From the UHGV virus genome UHGV-0026213: a DNA stretch of 64,000 bases; one strand, 5' to 3'. Source of the stretch: a virus. Both the position numbers and the translations under genes were made by a program. Below, one piece after another: positions 48,258 to 57,853 of this stretch (position 1 is its first letter; every line of letters starts with the position of its first letter). Under the pieces are notes generated by a model. That model was not told where the DNA came from and did no database searches. It saw only the letters and a list, made by a program, of their open reading frames with translations.

Positions 48258-48301
48258 AGGAGAGAACCCTGAAAAGGTTCTCTCCTGCTTTCTTTTTTTT
48301 C
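48258..48301 (+). terminator. intrinsic terminator
   Basis: AGGAGAGAACC/GGTTCTCTCCT stem then T-run. Confidence 0.7.
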
Positions 48302-48330
48302 ACTTCACAACTTCAGTATGGAGGTGACAA

Positions 48331-48879
48331 ATGTATAAAATTGCTATTATTGGTTCTCGAGAAACGCCCGAAGACACGATGCAAGAAATGTTGGATGTGT
48401 TGCAACGTGGGTTCAAAATTCTTCGTAATAAACAGCACAGTATCGAAACGCGGTCAGGCGGTTGTTACAAAGGACCAGACCAATTACAGTTTATGTTAGC
48501 ACGTACTGAACCAGGACCACATATTTGTTATTTGCCTGACGAACGTAAGTTGTGGTTACGTAAGTTACATCCGAATGTGGATTTTCGCGTTATTCCACAA
48601 GACGTCCGTTATCGTGGGATTGTGGCATCGCTTCACCCTAATCCTGATAAGCTATCGGAAATAGCTTGGGTGTTGCATGGACGAAACTTAAATATTGTAT
48701 CAGGTGATTCTTTGGACGATCATGTAGACGCCGTCTATTATTACGCTGAGCATGATAAAAAGGGAAATCCAAAAGGGGGTACGGCGATGGGTGTCCGCTA
48801 CGCACAGTCACTGAACATCCCTTGTTATTATCATGTTACGGATGCATCTAAGTGGTTAGAAGACCTACGCTTATTATGA
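48331..48879 (+). CDS. DprA/SLOG-like Rossmann-fold protein (tentative)
   Basis: N-terminal IAIIGSRE and downstream SGG..G.D resemble DprA/Smf-type nucleotide-binding fold. Confidence 0.35.
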   Translation: MYKIAIIGSRETPEDTMQEMLDVLQRGFKILRNKQHSIETRSGGCYKGPDQLQFMLARTEPGPHICYLPDERKLWLRKLHPNVDFRVIPQDVRYRGIVASLHPNPDKLSEIAWVLHGRNLNIVSGDSLDDHVDAVYYYAEHDKKGNPKGGTAMGVRYAQSLNIPCYYHVTDASKWLEDLRLL

Positions 48880-48929
48880 AGTTAGTCAGGGCGGGCTTCT
48901 CCCCGCTTTAGCTTAAAATGGGGTAAAGG

Positions 48930-50063
48930 ATGTCAACATTAGATTCCGATTTAGAAGTCCTTTGCGATGACTACGATCGTTTGGTCGCGTTAGAATCGCT
49001 TAATGTTAAAGACAATTATCCGGCGGTTGTCGCTATCCGAAAACGGTGGGCTTTAGATGATGTCCACGTTGCGTTGGAGTCTGCAGCGATGATGGAACGC
49101 GCGCAATTTGTTGCGGACACCGAGCCTTACGCAGGGGTAGGTAAAGCGGTCGCACGCGCGACCGGCAGAGCGGTTAAGGGAGTTGGACGCGTTGCTGGAA
49201 AAGCAGCAGTGGCAGGAGCCAAAGCGTCTGGAAAATTCGCAGGTAAACATTCTAAGCAATTGGCCTTACGTTTTATCGACTTCGCGGAAGCCGCCGGTAA
49301 AGAAGTTATTAATGAACTGAAAGAAGCGACGTCCAAAGCATCGTCGTTAGAACGCAAGCTACAGAAGTTAGAAGCACGTTTAAGTTTACTTGGTATCAAG
49401 GACACCTTAAAACCGGTTGACTGTGACACAGGAAGTTGGACAACAAAAGTTTGTTTAGAAGACAAGCCTAACGTAAAAGCATGTATTGAGTTCAGTAAGA
49501 ACCTGAGCGCAATGGATGCGATGGTCAACGAGTATACTGTTAAAACACGTACGTTAATCGGTAAGAGCAAGAAAGTTACCGAGAGCGGTTTGGAGAAAGT
49601 GGGCCGGTCAACGAACTGGGCGATTAAACGAAGCGCAGGACTGTTCGGTATTATCGATCCGTTTAAAACGGTGAAAGCATATCCGTGGCCAGGTAACGTG
49701 GTGGTCGTTGAACACAACAACGGTAAGATTGAGTGGGCGATTGCTCGCGACGGTGATTTTGGCCACACAATCAAATCTCTGAACTTGCACGAAATCGGTT
49801 CAGCACTCGACGCCGTTAGAAACATTATCCGAGCGTTACGTCAGCGTGGTGCGAAACGACGTAGTGTAGGGTATACAGGAATTTATGACGAAATTCAGCG
49901 TATGCGTAAGGAACTTAAGTCGCTTGAAGGGCGGGAGTTACGCGACGCTACCGTACGTTATAAAAACGCACTGCGTTTAGAAGATGCGTTTACTACCTCG
50001 TTAGTGCGCGTTGCGGAAGGGTTACTGGAGTGGTGCAGGTTGTCACTGATTGAGGTTAAATAA
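48930..50063 (+). CDS. hypothetical protein (377 aa)
   Basis: RBS AAAGGA; Ala/Gly/Lys-rich N-terminal region. Confidence 0.5.
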   Translation: MSTLDSDLEVLCDDYDRLVALESLNVKDNYPAVVAIRKRWALDDVHVALESAAMMERAQFVADTEPYAGVGKAVARATGRAVKGVGRVAGKAAVAGAKASGKFAGKHSKQLALRFIDFAEAAGKEVINELKEATSKASSLERKLQKLEARLSLLGIKDTLKPVDCDTGSWTTKVCLEDKPNVKACIEFSKNLSAMDAMVNEYTVKTRTLIGKSKKVTESGLEKVGRSTNWAIKRSAGLFGIIDPFKTVKAYPWPGNVVVVEHNNGKIEWAIARDGDFGHTIKSLNLHEIGSALDAVRNIIRALRQRGAKRRSVGYTGIYDEIQRMRKELKSLEGRELRDATVRYKNALRLEDAFTTSLVRVAEGLLEWCRLSLIEVK

Positions 50064-50530
50064 TGCGTATCACTATTATTCTCAAACCCGACAGTAAATA
50101 CGGAAAGTTATACGGCGACCAGGTACTCAAACTGCACAACATGTTGTTCGCAGAAGAGAAAGTGCGTATTAGTCAGTTAACCGGACGCGACACGTTCAAC
50201 CCCATCGAACACTTAGAAGAGATCTGGCCTCAAGATTATCTCTGTGCGTGTGCGGTGGATGATAACGAACAACTTTTGGGATTTATGACCTTTTCAATAG
50301 GTTCTTGCCAGAAGGACACGTTTGTTTATATTGGGAACTACTATGTGATTCCTGAAGCACGTTCTCAAGGGGTAGGCCGTGCGCTTATGGACAAAGTTCG
50401 TGAATACGGAAAGTCCAAAGGTTGTGGTTGGATGAGTTTGGATGTGCTGGACAACAACGTTAAAGCTATCTCCTTGTATGAGAAAATGGGATTCCGTACC
50501 GAATGCAGGGAAATGATAAAGGAAATCTAA
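50063..50530 (+). CDS. GNAT family N-acetyltransferase
   Basis: Motif A VIPEARSQGVGRALM and downstream AISLYEKMGF. Confidence 0.55.
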   Translation: MRITIILKPDSKYGKLYGDQVLKLHNMLFAEEKVRISQLTGRDTFNPIEHLEEIWPQDYLCACAVDDNEQLLGFMTFSIGSCQKDTFVYIGNYYVIPEARSQGVGRALMDKVREYGKSKGCGWMSLDVLDNNVKAISLYEKMGFRTECREMIKEI

Positions 50531-50531
50531 A

Positions 50532-51164
50532 ATGGCTGCAAGATTAGTACCGTTTCACGACGGGTCTAGATATACTTTTGGTGTAGAGCGTTACGCTGTG
50601 GGTTTTCGTCCTGGTTGGAGAGTGGTACGAATCGATAAGGCGTGTTGGTATTTGCCGACGGGCATTTTTGATTACTTTACACCTGAAGCTTTAACGCGGT
50701 TTGTTTCTCTGGGTTCTCCCACGCAACGTGCTGCGTGGGAAAAGAATATCCGTTGTCGATATTTAGGCAAAACAAGAAACGCCACAGTACGGGCAGTTTA
50801 TCATGTTGGGAGTCGTTGGTTACACGTCGAACCAACACGTCCACGATGTGCAGTGACGCCCTTTAATGGGGAGTACAAAGGTCAGGTATACACAGGGTTG
50901 CATTTTGCTTTTCCAGACAACCCCGATCTTAATTACTTCTTAGCCACCCCGAAAAACGTTACGTTAGCTACGTTCTATAAATACCTTTTGTTCTATCCTG
51001 CGTATGTCGTTGCAGAATTTGAACACAAAGCATTTCCTCTGCCATACGGTAGAGATAGGAGATTAGCAGGATGTTCTATCGAGAACTTCAGCAATACACC
51101 GACGCTCTCCGAAAAGCGACCATCGATGCGGACAACAACCTCAGAGATGTCGTTAGCACTATAG
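50532..51164 (+). CDS. hypothetical protein (3' end overlaps next ORF)
   Basis: 210-codon ORF; 94-nt overlap with downstream ORF suggests the true 3' end or frame may differ. Confidence 0.4.
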   Translation: MAARLVPFHDGSRYTFGVERYAVGFRPGWRVVRIDKACWYLPTGIFDYFTPEALTRFVSLGSPTQRAAWEKNIRCRYLGKTRNATVRAVYHVGSRWLHVEPTRPRCAVTPFNGEYKGQVYTGLHFAFPDNPDLNYFLATPKNVTLATFYKYLLFYPAYVVAEFEHKAFPLPYGRDRRLAGCSIENFSNTPTLSEKRPSMRTTTSEMSLAL

Positions 51165-51442
51165 AACAGTGTTCGGATGTATTGTATGCGGAAACGATTG
51201 AATCACCAACTCACGACGGTGTGAAATCGCTCCAGCTACACGTTTGTAGTAAACACGGTAGTCTGTCGTTAAACTTCCGTGTAGGTTTAGATTATTACAT
51301 GGTTCGTAAGAGCTATTTAAGTTGCGACGGCGACCTCTATCCGGTTGTCTGGAACAACGACTATTCTAAGTTTGTTTATCCGCTTGAAGAACACCGACGC
51401 ACGGTTTATGAATTTGTGAAAGCTGTTCTTGAGGGGTTCTAA
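51071..51442 (+). CDS. hypothetical protein
   Basis: RBS AGGAGA before ATG. Confidence 0.45.
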   Translation: MFYRELQQYTDALRKATIDADNNLRDVVSTIEQCSDVLYAETIESPTHDGVKSLQLHVCSKHGSLSLNFRVGLDYYMVRKSYLSCDGDLYPVVWNNDYSKFVYPLEEHRRTVYEFVKAVLEGF

Positions 51443-51456
51443 GAGAGGGCCTTGTA

Positions 51457-52062
51457 ATGTCAGAGATGATTCTCGATTCATTACTATTGATTACAGTATC
51501 GTATATCAACAAAACAGGCAAGTTGCCTAAGCGTGGCGTTACTATCGAACGTGACGGGTTTAAACACCGCTATCCCTTAACGAAAATTTTGGATTTAGCT
51601 GCACGTTTAGCCAAGATGCGTCGTCCGAATAGCGAAGCGGCACCGAAATACGTTTTACTGGTTTTACAACGCGCGATTTCTGAGGTGCGTCGTAAACGCC
51701 GCCGTGCCGCGTTTCGATTTTATCCCAATTCGACGCAACAAGTGGTGGGGGAATACAACGATATGGTTGTCGATCTTCGTGCAGGCCGGAGTAATGTAAC
51801 TGGGTTGGCGTATAACCGCCTTAAACGCATTCTGGACGACAGTGATGCCTTAACCACACCACAAGAGGGTCAAGCAGCTTTAACGCTTCTACGAGGCGCT
51901 GAGCTCGTTATTGTGGACACCGCTGTGCAAGCAGCAAGAATGCAACACTATCTTGCTAAACAAGGGTTAGTCTTGCTGTGCGTAACGTCTGCACAGGCTG
52001 CTAACCTCACCGCACCACAAACGTCAGAAGTGTGGAGTGATCCGATTGTTGATCACCAATAA
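51457..52062 (+). CDS. hypothetical protein
   Basis: 201-codon ORF; terminator at 52070. Confidence 0.5.
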   Translation: MSEMILDSLLLITVSYINKTGKLPKRGVTIERDGFKHRYPLTKILDLAARLAKMRRPNSEAAPKYVLLVLQRAISEVRRKRRRAAFRFYPNSTQQVVGEYNDMVVDLRAGRSNVTGLAYNRLKRILDDSDALTTPQEGQAALTLLRGAELVIVDTAVQAARMQHYLAKQGLVLLCVTSAQAANLTAPQTSEVWSDPIVDHQ

Positions 52063-52069
52063 AACCTTA

Positions 52070-52106
52070 CCCCTACTTAACGGTAGGGGCGGGTTTCTTT
52101 TTTTAT
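52070..52106 (+). terminator. intrinsic terminator
   Basis: CCCCTAC/GTAGGGG stem then T-run. Confidence 0.6.
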
Positions 52107-52177
52107 TGTAAATTATTACAACTGTTACTCTCATTGTGAGAGGTTTCACTTAACGTGCGTAAAAAGGTAAAACAATA

Positions 52178-52801
52178 ATGCTTAAGACAGTGTCTATTGA
52201 TGGTCCTGATTTTTCTGGGAAATCAACGTTGTGTAAAATGGTAAAAGCGATGTTGGAGTCCGCAGGATTAAAAGTGTGTATTCGGAACCATCCGACGTCT
52301 GAGACCGAGGCGGGCATTCGTGCACGTAGCTTGGTTGTACAGTCTGCTTCGAAAACAAAAATTGCTGAAGCAATGTGTGATGACTTCCTTCACACGTTAG
52401 ACCATGTTGTTGACGAGTACGATGTCGTCATTTTCGATCGTTTTTGCCCTTCAACGATTGTTTATCAGGGGACAGATGGCAAGGACGTAGTTTTCCAACG
52501 TAAGCTAACTCGTCATTTCCACGCACCCGACCTTTATGTTTGGACTGATGTTGATTACCCAACAGCGTTAGCGCGATTTAAGAAACGTGTAGAAGAACAA
52601 GGTAAGAATTGGGACGATGAGGTACTTACGGTTAAGTATCTAATGGACAATCATTGTTGGGATGGCCTACGCGACCATTATCGTTTCGCGCATCATATCT
52701 TAACAGAAGGCGGTTGCCTTCACGTTCTATTACCGGTAACGCAGAATGACGATTACCGTTTGAAAGCCGCAGAGATTGTTACGCACATTTTAGCAAACTA
52801 A
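52178..52801 (+). CDS. tmk: thymidylate kinase-like nucleoside monophosphate kinase
   Basis: P-loop IDGPDFSGKSTL and DRFCPSTIVYQG match TMK P-loop and DRY..S..YQG motifs. Confidence 0.65.
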   Translation: MLKTVSIDGPDFSGKSTLCKMVKAMLESAGLKVCIRNHPTSETEAGIRARSLVVQSASKTKIAEAMCDDFLHTLDHVVDEYDVVIFDRFCPSTIVYQGTDGKDVVFQRKLTRHFHAPDLYVWTDVDYPTALARFKKRVEEQGKNWDDEVLTVKYLMDNHCWDGLRDHYRFAHHILTEGGCLHVLLPVTQNDDYRLKAAEIVTHILAN

Positions 52802-52808
52802 CCGCTTA

Positions 52809-52848
52809 GGTACCACCGTTGGGTGGTACCTATATTTTATTTTTTCTC
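52809..52848 (+). terminator. intrinsic terminator
   Basis: GGTACCACC/GGTGGTACC stem then T-run; promoter motif immediately follows. Confidence 0.65.
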
Positions 52849-52885
52849 AGATATATTTTACTTAGGTGAGAGTTACAACTAACTC
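52848..52885 (+). promoter_or_regulatory. promoter-like motif CAGATATATTTTACTTAGGTGAGAG plus hairpin AGAGTT/AACTCT
   Basis: Conserved motif upstream of HTH gene. Confidence 0.5.
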
Positions 52886-52921
52886 TTTACACCGACTTGT
52901 TAACCTAAAGGAGTATTTACA

Positions 52922-53281
52922 ATGGCTTACAATCACAATTCCATCGTTCTGGCAAAACGTAAATTCGGTCTTCACTTGTCTTACGTAATTCGTCACTTGA
53001 CCACAAAAGACATTACCCAGCGTGAACTTGCCCAGCTTGCGAAAGTTTCACAACCTGTTATCTCGTCTATTAAGAACGATCACTCAGAACGTTTAAGCTT
53101 GCCGATTATGATGAAAGTTGCTGATGCGATTCGTCTGAAATACCAGATTAGTTTTAATTCCGTTAAGGGTCGTTGCTCAGTAACCGTTCACGTAGAGTCC
53201 GCGTTGGACTACGTTGCAAACACGTCCATTAAACGCACCACGAAGAATGTGCGTTTTATCACTAACACCGCAACGCACTAA
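52922..53281 (+). CDS. XRE-type helix-turn-helix DNA-binding protein
   Basis: ITQRELAQLAKVSQPVISSIKN fits HTH_XRE pattern; promoter motif upstream at 52848. Confidence 0.5.
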   Translation: MAYNHNSIVLAKRKFGLHLSYVIRHLTTKDITQRELAQLAKVSQPVISSIKNDHSERLSLPIMMKVADAIRLKYQISFNSVKGRCSVTVHVESALDYVANTSIKRTTKNVRFITNTATH

Positions 53282-53302
53282 TCAACCTGAAGGAGTATTA
53301 TC

Positions 53303-53974
53303 ATGCCACCGAAAATTGGTAAAACTGTAATTGAAGAAACTGTAAAGAACGAGACTAAAGTTAACGAAGCACAACCGCCTGTGAAAGTTGAGCTTTTACC
53401 CTGCGTTAATGAAATACTCGGGGTGAAATTCTTAACTTTTAGCCCGTATACTGACCTGGTTTTCGAACTTTATCAAGACCAGCCTTTCAACTTATTCACA
53501 CTTGTCTGCACTTATAATGGTGATGTTTTGGCGGTTGCACCTGGTCTCAATAGAGACAAATTACTTACAGGCACGGTTATTACTGAAATTCTTCTTCGGT
53601 TAATGCATAAGTTTGAAGGGCCTGAACTTGACAAAATCGCTGTTAAGTTAGCTGACTTACTAATCACTGCCGCCACCTGGTTGTGTTTTAACCCTTCTAT
53701 CTATTTCCATTTCAGTACAAATATTCTTCACGCCGTAACAGACGACGGTAAAAAGTATCGCATCTTAATTAAGGGTGGGGTGCAACAACCTTTGTTCTCT
53801 AGACAAAACTGCCATATTAAGTTTTCGCCTGACTTGGTAGAAGTTTACGGTCAGCGAGTAGCGGCTGGCCACTACGACGCCCATCTCAGATTTTTCAATT
53901 ACCTGTATGAAAAATTAGGGAAAGCTGGCTTGACACCCAATCTTGCTTTTACAAACTCTGCCCCTTCTGCATGA
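53303..53974 (+). CDS. hypothetical protein
   Basis: RBS AAGGAG; terminator at 53987. Confidence 0.5.
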   Translation: MPPKIGKTVIEETVKNETKVNEAQPPVKVELLPCVNEILGVKFLTFSPYTDLVFELYQDQPFNLFTLVCTYNGDVLAVAPGLNRDKLLTGTVITEILLRLMHKFEGPELDKIAVKLADLLITAATWLCFNPSIYFHFSTNILHAVTDDGKKYRILIKGGVQQPLFSRQNCHIKFSPDLVEVYGQRVAAGHYDAHLRFFNYLYEKLGKAGLTPNLAFTNSAPSA

Positions 53975-53986
53975 TGTTTAATAATT

Positions 53987-54020
53987 GGGGAACTTCGGTT
54001 CCCCTTTCTTTTTTTGTTTT
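53987..54020 (+). terminator. intrinsic terminator (UUCG loop)
   Basis: GGGGAAC-TTCG-GTTCCCC then T-run. Confidence 0.7.
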
Positions 54021-54069
54021 TACAGCTTTAGCGTATTGTTTTGAGACGACCTTTTAAGGAGTAATTAAC

Positions 54070-55068
54070 ATGGCTTTTAGGAAGACTATAGAACGTACCG
54101 CCACGGATTTAACAGTAGGTCGGTTAGCACGTAGAGATATTCGCAACCCTCAACTTCAGGCTTGTTTATCGGGTCCTAACGGTGCTGTGATTCGTGAGGC
54201 GTTGTGCAATAGCGAGCTGAATACGTTCTCTTTACAAAAAGGAAAAACGATCCAAGGGTTTATCATCACAAAACACATTTACGGCGACCCAACGTTACAC
54301 TGCTTGTATATGCATGAAATTGTACCGGGCTGTTTGAACAAACTGAACCTACTACTGGTACTCGACTATACCGGCTTTACGTATCTTAATCGAATCGCCA
54401 GTGGCGTAGAAGAGATCGCTGAGCTTAATGACTTAGGATTTAGACACACCCACACTACGTATCGTTTAGGTACACGCTCGTTATTGGATATCGCTCTACC
54501 AACAAACGTGAAGAACATTTCCGGCGATTTTTATAAAGAGCTAACCACTGCACAACGTGAACAGCTTATGTTGCTTTTGGGTACGAGTGTCGTTGAAAAC
54601 ATCAACGCTGACCCTGTGAGTCGCTCACGTCAAATCATGCCACAAGTCGAAACGTTGGTGGAGTTAGTACGTCATGTCAACCACCACACCTACGTTTGGA
54701 TGGACGGCAACGATGTTGTGGGCGCGGTGCAAGTTAAATTGCGTAATCTTAACGAATGTGAATTAAAAGCCATTGCGGTAAGTGAGACACATCGGGGTCG
54801 TGGTATCGGACGGACTTTATTGTATCGTGCTCTACAAATTGCATCGACAACAGCGGCACCATTAGAGATAGGGTGTTTCAATAACAACCCTGCATTCAGG
54901 CACCTGGCCGTCGAATTATTTAAATTTCGCCCCTACGAATACGAATTTGTTTTAGTGCGTGACGAAAACGTCGTCAGTTGGGAGCGTCAGAAAAATCATG
55001 TCAAATTGGTGTTAGTCGACGAAGTGTCATCGTTACAAGGCGGATATAATGCGGAAACCGATAATTAA
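54070..55068 (+). CDS. protein with C-terminal GNAT acetyltransferase domain
   Basis: Motif VSETHRGRGIGRTLLY in C-terminal third; overlaps Dam gene by 20 nt. Confidence 0.5.
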   Translation: MAFRKTIERTATDLTVGRLARRDIRNPQLQACLSGPNGAVIREALCNSELNTFSLQKGKTIQGFIITKHIYGDPTLHCLYMHEIVPGCLNKLNLLLVLDYTGFTYLNRIASGVEEIAELNDLGFRHTHTTYRLGTRSLLDIALPTNVKNISGDFYKELTTAQREQLMLLLGTSVVENINADPVSRSRQIMPQVETLVELVRHVNHHTYVWMDGNDVVGAVQVKLRNLNECELKAIAVSETHRGRGIGRTLLYRALQIASTTAAPLEIGCFNNNPAFRHLAVELFKFRPYEYEFVLVRDENVVSWERQKNHVKLVLVDEVSSLQGGYNAETDN

Positions 55069-55864
55069 ATGGATGGGTGGGAAAACGCGCGTTTTGGGTG
55101 AATTACAAAAGGTCTTACCTAAACGTACAACCTTTGTAGAACCGTTTGTGGGCGCAGGGTCTGTTTTCCTAAATACGAATTACAGCCGGTATATTCTATC
55201 GGATTCTAACCCCGATTTGATACGCTTACTTTGTGTTGCGCGTGAACAGCCTGAAGAACTGATCGCTGCATCGCAACCGTTGTTCTTAGACGGCAATACC
55301 ACTGTAAAGTATATGGAACGTCGTGAACTGTTTAATAGCGGTAAAACGATGACCGAAGTTGAACGTGCTGCAATGTTTTTATACTTAATGCGTCACGGTT
55401 ATAACGGGATGTGTCGTTATAACAGTAGTGGTGGGTTCAATGTTCCGTTTGGACGTTACCCGAACGGCGTTTATTATCCATTAGAAGAAATTCGGGATTG
55501 GGCTAAACGTTGCGCAGAAGTTGAGTATCTGGAAATTGTTTGTGAGGACTTTCGTTCTGTATTAGCACGGACACCTGAAGATGCCGTGATTTATGCTGAT
55601 CCTCCTTATATTCCGTTATCGGATACCGCGAAACACGCGCAATATCACCGTAAAGAATTCTCACAAACGGACCATCGCGAATTAGCCAAGTTACTACAGC
55701 AGCAGGTGGAACGTGGCAACAGTGTCGTGCTGTCAAATGCGGACACCCTACTCACCCGCGAAATTTATTACGGTTTTGAGTGGCGTAGTATTGAGGTCGG
55801 TCGCTATATGGGTGCGTCTGGTGCCGCTCGGAAAACGGTGACTGAATTACTGGGAGTGCTCTAA
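55049..55864 (+). CDS. dam: Dam-type DNA N6-adenine methyltransferase
   Basis: KWMGGK, EPFVGAGSVFLN, YNGMCRYN, DPPY motifs closely parallel E. coli Dam. Confidence 0.85.
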   Translation: MRKPIIKWMGGKTRVLGELQKVLPKRTTFVEPFVGAGSVFLNTNYSRYILSDSNPDLIRLLCVAREQPEELIAASQPLFLDGNTTVKYMERRELFNSGKTMTEVERAAMFLYLMRHGYNGMCRYNSSGGFNVPFGRYPNGVYYPLEEIRDWAKRCAEVEYLEIVCEDFRSVLARTPEDAVIYADPPYIPLSDTAKHAQYHRKEFSQTDHRELAKLLQQQVERGNSVVLSNADTLLTREIYYGFEWRSIEVGRYMGASGAARKTVTELLGVL

Positions 55865-56637
55865 TGCGCATAGTGGATATCCACGATTATCGTAATGACC
55901 ATTTAGCAATTGGTGTGGACGGGAAAATGGTTTCACTAACCCGTGTACGGAAAGGGTTACTGGAAAAGGACGTCATTCGCGAATCTGAAGATCCGACCTT
56001 TATCATTCTTTCGAACACGAATCAGCTGCAAGGAATCTTCTCCGGCCGCACTGACGGTAAGATTTTCTACATGTCAGCAATCGTTGTGTTTGCGAAGAAG
56101 AACATCAATTTCGCACAACTCAAACGGTTGTTAAATGTGGAGGTGTTTGATATCACCTACCCTGCCAACGACCTAAAACGTCGCGATCAGTTAATGGCGT
56201 TCTTGAGTATGCAACCGACGTCTATCGACTATGAGCTAACGTTTACTGAAAAACCTGAAGTTCGTACCGATTTACCTGATGTAGATGATATTGAATCTCT
56301 AACGTTAGAAGAAACGTTTACGATCCCTAAGGTGGCTAATGTCAGTTTGGATACGTACTGCCTGGGTTTGTTAGCGATTGGGGCTGCCGAAGGGCTGTGC
56401 TGTCGTAAAGACGGTAAAGTTGAAGGTATCTTAGTCTATTCGAAAATCAACGAAAAGACGTTTGCCACCGAAGGTTTCTTCTATAACGACTGTACTTACG
56501 GGAATGCACTCTTAACCACATACTACCGTATTGCGTATTTAAAGGGTGCAACCGTGCGTCTTACTTTTCCATACTCAGCACCTCCAGCAATGTCTGGTGT
56601 TGAAGTAGAAGCATTAACTGGCCATTTTATCTTTTAA
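55864..56637 (+). CDS. hypothetical protein
   Basis: 257-codon ORF coupled to Dam stop. Confidence 0.5.
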   Translation: MRIVDIHDYRNDHLAIGVDGKMVSLTRVRKGLLEKDVIRESEDPTFIILSNTNQLQGIFSGRTDGKIFYMSAIVVFAKKNINFAQLKRLLNVEVFDITYPANDLKRRDQLMAFLSMQPTSIDYELTFTEKPEVRTDLPDVDDIESLTLEETFTIPKVANVSLDTYCLGLLAIGAAEGLCCRKDGKVEGILVYSKINEKTFATEGFFYNDCTYGNALLTTYYRIAYLKGATVRLTFPYSAPPAMSGVEVEALTGHFIF

Positions 56638-56646
56638 GGACATTGA

Positions 56647-56874
56647 ATGGAAATCAAACGTATTGTAACCAAAGACAAAAAGATTACTTACGTCGCAGGT
56701 GATAACGAATTCTCGGCGGTTATTAATACTGAGAACGTGCTGATTATCGGTTATCCAGGTAAAGTCATTACTCGTAGCCATCAGCGCGTGATTGACAAAC
56801 TCATCGCCAAAGCGAAAGCACGTGACGGTGTTGGGTCAGTAGAAACCCATACCGGGTTAACGTTGGCACTCTAA
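56647..56874 (+). CDS. hypothetical small protein
   Basis: 75-codon ORF. Confidence 0.4.
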   Translation: MEIKRIVTKDKKITYVAGDNEFSAVINTENVLIIGYPGKVITRSHQRVIDKLIAKAKARDGVGSVETHTGLTLAL

Positions 56875-56912
56875 CCAGCAGGTAATATGACCTCTTAACT
56901 GGAGACTTAGAG

Positions 56913-57419
56913 ATGAAAGAGACTCTGGATTTTAATCAGCTTGAGCAGCACGATTTTGATCTCGGTGTTCGCGACTTAGAAGCTGACTATGAAACGCGTT
57001 GTAAAGAATTCTTTAATCGCTACGGGCAATTGATTACCGGGGCATCTGAAGACACCGAATTCTCGTTAGACGATTTCGAAAAGATTCTATCTTGCTTTAT
57101 CACCGACAGCTTAGCGAAACAGGCGTTGTTGGTAGAACAGAACCTGCAAATGGTGGAGCCTACGGATGCTCACGCCGTGCTAAAAGAATCCATTATTCCG
57201 AACGACGAGATTATGGATGCGGTAGCAGGTATTCGCGGTACGTTCGACACAGCTGTGGAAGACTATACCGAACAACTTCGTGAGTCTGGACTAACGTTGT
57301 GTGCACCTGCGGGCGAACAGTTACCTTCTGAAGAAGAAACGGAAGAAGCACGTAGTCGCTTAGCGCGCTATGTGATTACTTCTGTTTTAGTAGACGATCG
57401 CGAAGAAAACGTACTGTAA
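56913..57419 (+). CDS. hypothetical acidic protein
   Basis: RBS GGAGA; terminator at 57425. Confidence 0.5.
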   Translation: MKETLDFNQLEQHDFDLGVRDLEADYETRCKEFFNRYGQLITGASEDTEFSLDDFEKILSCFITDSLAKQALLVEQNLQMVEPTDAHAVLKESIIPNDEIMDAVAGIRGTFDTAVEDYTEQLRESGLTLCAPAGEQLPSEEETEEARSRLARYVITSVLVDDREENVL

Positions 57420-57424
57420 ACTTT

Positions 57425-57461
57425 CCCTCTCTCCGTTTGGAGAGAGGGAGTATTTATTTTT
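57425..57461 (+). terminator. intrinsic terminator
   Basis: CCCTCTCTCC-GTTT-GGAGAGAGGG then T-run. Confidence 0.7.
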
Positions 57462-57517
57462 ACGCTTTCGTGTCTAATTATGCACACGTAAACAAAATTA
57501 ATTGAGGAACAGCTTAA

Positions 57518-57853
57518 ATGTGGTTAAGTGCGATTCACCGTGATTTACCAAAACAAGAAATGGTATTTACTGTTGGCGAGCCAGCAACTGTAGTGGGTGT
57601 TGCTAAGTTCGAAAGGGTAGAAGAAGGTCAATTCGTCGTAGTGGACGACAACGAAAACGAATTCATGTTGTTCCACCCTGAGGTCGATACCTCTGAAATT
57701 TGTGAGGGTTCTCTTTTGTTGTCCTGGCAAGATCCTGAAACCGGCGCATGGAAGTGGCGTGTCGCTAAACCGACGCTTGAAACAGAATCTGCATACGTGA
57801 TTGAACACGTATACGTGTTTGGGGAAACTTATGTCGAACCAAAACCACACTAA
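57518..57853 (+). CDS. hypothetical protein
   Basis: RBS GAGGAA. Confidence 0.5.
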   Translation: MWLSAIHRDLPKQEMVFTVGEPATVVGVAKFERVEEGQFVVVDDNENEFMLFHPEVDTSEICEGSLLLSWQDPETGAWKWRVAKPTLETESAYVIEHVYVFGETYVEPKPH

